Shown here piece after piece: positions 61,419 to 64,000 of a DNA stretch of 64,000 nt. The position numbers were made by a program, and so were the translations under genes. Below the pieces are notes generated by a model. That model worked only from the letters and a program-made list of their open reading frames with translations. It ran no database searches and was not told the DNA's origin. The DNA lies in contig OX597816.1 in the NCBI GenBank assembly GCA_951406725.2, positions 135,532,001 through 135,596,000 on the forward strand. Reading direction: 5' to 3'. The DNA is from Octopus vulgaris (Eukaryota). Position 1 is the first letter of the stretch; each line of letters opens with the position of its first letter.

Positions 61419-64000
61419 CTAAAATTTTGTGAAAGGAAGCTAGTCGATTATATCAACCCTAGTGTTCGACTGGTTCTTTTTTTACAGACCTGTAGCAGTG
61501 CAAGCAGTCAGTGCCATATTGGATGAGATCTCACAGCAGCCATTGCCGTCCCCGAGACTGGAGCAAGACCTCACCTGCATCCATTTGCCATGCATGAGAT
61601 CACGAGGCTCGCGATGGAAACTATATAAAGGGAAAACCCGATTCAAATCTCTCTTTTTTTGGCACCTCCACTGGCTGAGGCTTTCTGCATGTGTATCTCC
61701 AGAGGCAATTTGCACCCACACTAACATAGCTACTACACAATGCACACAGCTAAAGATGGTAGCTGAGAGCAGCACACTTCACCTATCCTGTAAAACCCTG
61801 TAACTAAACCAGTTGTAAATAGCATTTGTGCATTTGTACTTGAAGTTTTCTCTCTTCGTCTGCCGGAAGCCTGAACTACATGAAGAACAAAAAGATGATG
61901 GAAGGAGACGATATTCTTCTGATATCGTAAACCTTGCCTTCCATTGTAGACCCCAAAAGGACGAAAGACAAAGCCAACATATGAAGTCAGAATGAAAACA
62001 GTCCGAAGAAATACTGTTAAGCATTTTGTCTGGCATGATTCAGCCAACACACCGCCTTAATGATCCTTTCTATCATAAGCACAAGGCCTGAAATTTTGGG
62101 GGAGACAATTAGTCGACTACATCGATTCTAGTGCTCGACTGGTACTTAATTTATCGAACCTGAATGGATGAAAGACAAATTCAACCTCAGCAGAATTTGA
62201 ACTCAGAACTTAAAGACGGACGAAATGCCACTGAATATTTTGTGAGGTGTACTCACTAAAGAAAAATAAAATGTACTCAATCATAAAAGTATATATATGG
62301 TTAAATGTATTTTTCTGATTACATATATGAATTCACTTCTCGCCAGGACATAAAACAATCACGTGAAAGTGACTATCATCTTTTACTGATCAATATTAGG
62401 AGAAATAGCTTTGAATCGTTAGTGCATCCAACAAAATGCCTGTTGTATTTAGTTTTGACTCTTTATGCTCTGAGTTCAAATCGAGCCGAAGACAATCTTG
62501 CCGTTCATCTTGTCTGAGTATAATATAATAAAGTATTAGTTAAGTAATGTAGTTCAAAAAGGCTATAGCCTTATCACACGTGACATGCTGATCTTACATA
62601 TGAATTGAAGGTACAAATGACTGGAATGCTCAGTAACTTGCACATTAATTCAGGAGCAGGTAATTCAGTTGATCGAATAACTGAATCCTCATCGTCGAAC
62701 GAGAGAGATCTACCATCTACGTGAGCATGAAATCAAAAAAGGAAAAAAAAAAATGACTTATAATCGAAAAATTAACAAAAACGGTATAATAATTAGCTTG
62801 CCTACGAAAAATTAAGGGAAATAACTCTCATTGCACACATTTTATTAAAGCAGTAAGCGGCAGTTAATCGAAGTTACATCCCATCACCAGATGTGTGAGT
62901 CCATGTGTTCTTGATTCCGTTCCATCTTCTGGTTCCGTGTCATTACGTAAATCCTTTTTTTTTTTTTTTTTACCTTTTTATTTGTTATCAATTACCTAAA
63001 CTTGATTTTCTTGTGTTATAATTCTTAATCTTTGGAGGAAGAAAAGGAGATGAATAAAAACCTATGACCGGCAGTGATTCGATTCTGTTCACAGCCCCGT
63101 TGAAAAAATAAGAAAACCATTTTTGTAAATTTAAAACAAAAGGAAAATATTTCTTTAAGAAAAATCTATTGAAAATATAACTGTCATTTGAAATCTTGAA
63201 ATTACATTCGTTACAGTATTGTTCTATAAACTTAAATAATTTCGTCTAAATGTAGGGTACTTTCTGAAAATTATCGGTTCAAAAATAATATTGTTATTTA
63301 AAGTTAATTTTCTAGCAAAAAGTAAGCTATATAAATCAATACTACATAAATATAACAGGTAATATATATATAAATATCTTATTGATTGCCGCATACTTCT
63401 TTAACAGCACATCATACTACACCGGGTGTCTCTTCTCTTCGATTATTGTTACATCTCTGTATGCGTGGCTATTTGTGAGATATACACACTACAGTTTAAT
63501 CGTTATAAGTATTTCATCATTGTAAGTATAGCTTAATGGTTATGTTTTATGATATAATTCAAATATATATAACTGAAAGTTCTTCTAAGTTAGACTTGAT
63601 TTTCCAGTCTTCTGTGGCGTTGTTGACAAACGCATTTCCATGTTTGTACTTTAACTAGTTTCGGCTCGATTAACTAGTTTAGTTCATAACAATCGGATGT
63701 ACTTTATAACATTTTGCTCTTTATCTGAATCCTAGAGAATAATAACATTGTTAACCTTAGCACTAAATCGTTAGTAATACGTGAAAGAGTCTTCATCGCT
63801 TTCGACGATGCAGATTCAATTGATCGATCGACTGAATTACCTGCTCATTGAATTTGTAAATGATTGAATATCATACAGGCACGTGCATCCTTAACGCAAT
63901 TCGCTGGCAGAATTAAGGTGACAGTGTATGGTAAGGCTGTATCTGAATTACAAGTACAATCCATCTGACGAATTTCTTCTGTTTGTATGAAAATAATAGT

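Noticed and set aside
61482-62050. Cys-rich secreted-protein ORFs
   Set aside because: Non-ATG starts with an in-frame upstream stop. The plus strand shows faint RT-like remnants, so this is more likely a decayed LINE, but it is unresolved.

Overview
AT-rich, repeat-dense animal genomic DNA. The SINE/LINE repertoire and (TA)n/(CA)n/(TAA)n microsatellites point to an octopus (coleoid cephalopod); this is inferred, not verified. The only intact long CDS is an intronless casein kinase I alpha (46354-47325, minus) with a housekeeping-type promoter and an in-frame uORF. Downstream on the same strand (about 41 kb to 6 kb) is a chain of candidate 13-55 nt microexons, several retaining CpG in a CpG-depleted background. 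They may encode alternative CK1-alpha tails or belong to a separate gene. The rest is decayed transposable elements: RTE, CR1/Jockey-like, R4/Dong, CRE, Penelope, mariner/Tc1, piggyBac-type MITEs, Helitron and tRNA-derived SINEs. The most unusual signal is a recurring ~270-370 bp element joining a tRNA-like Pol III head, a (TAA)n spacer and a minimal Penelope-type hammerhead ribozyme. At least three unrelated inverted-repeat elements also carry hammerhead-like cores, and there is a strand-polarised 37-bp G-U hairpin. All calls were made by eye, and repeat boundaries are approximate.
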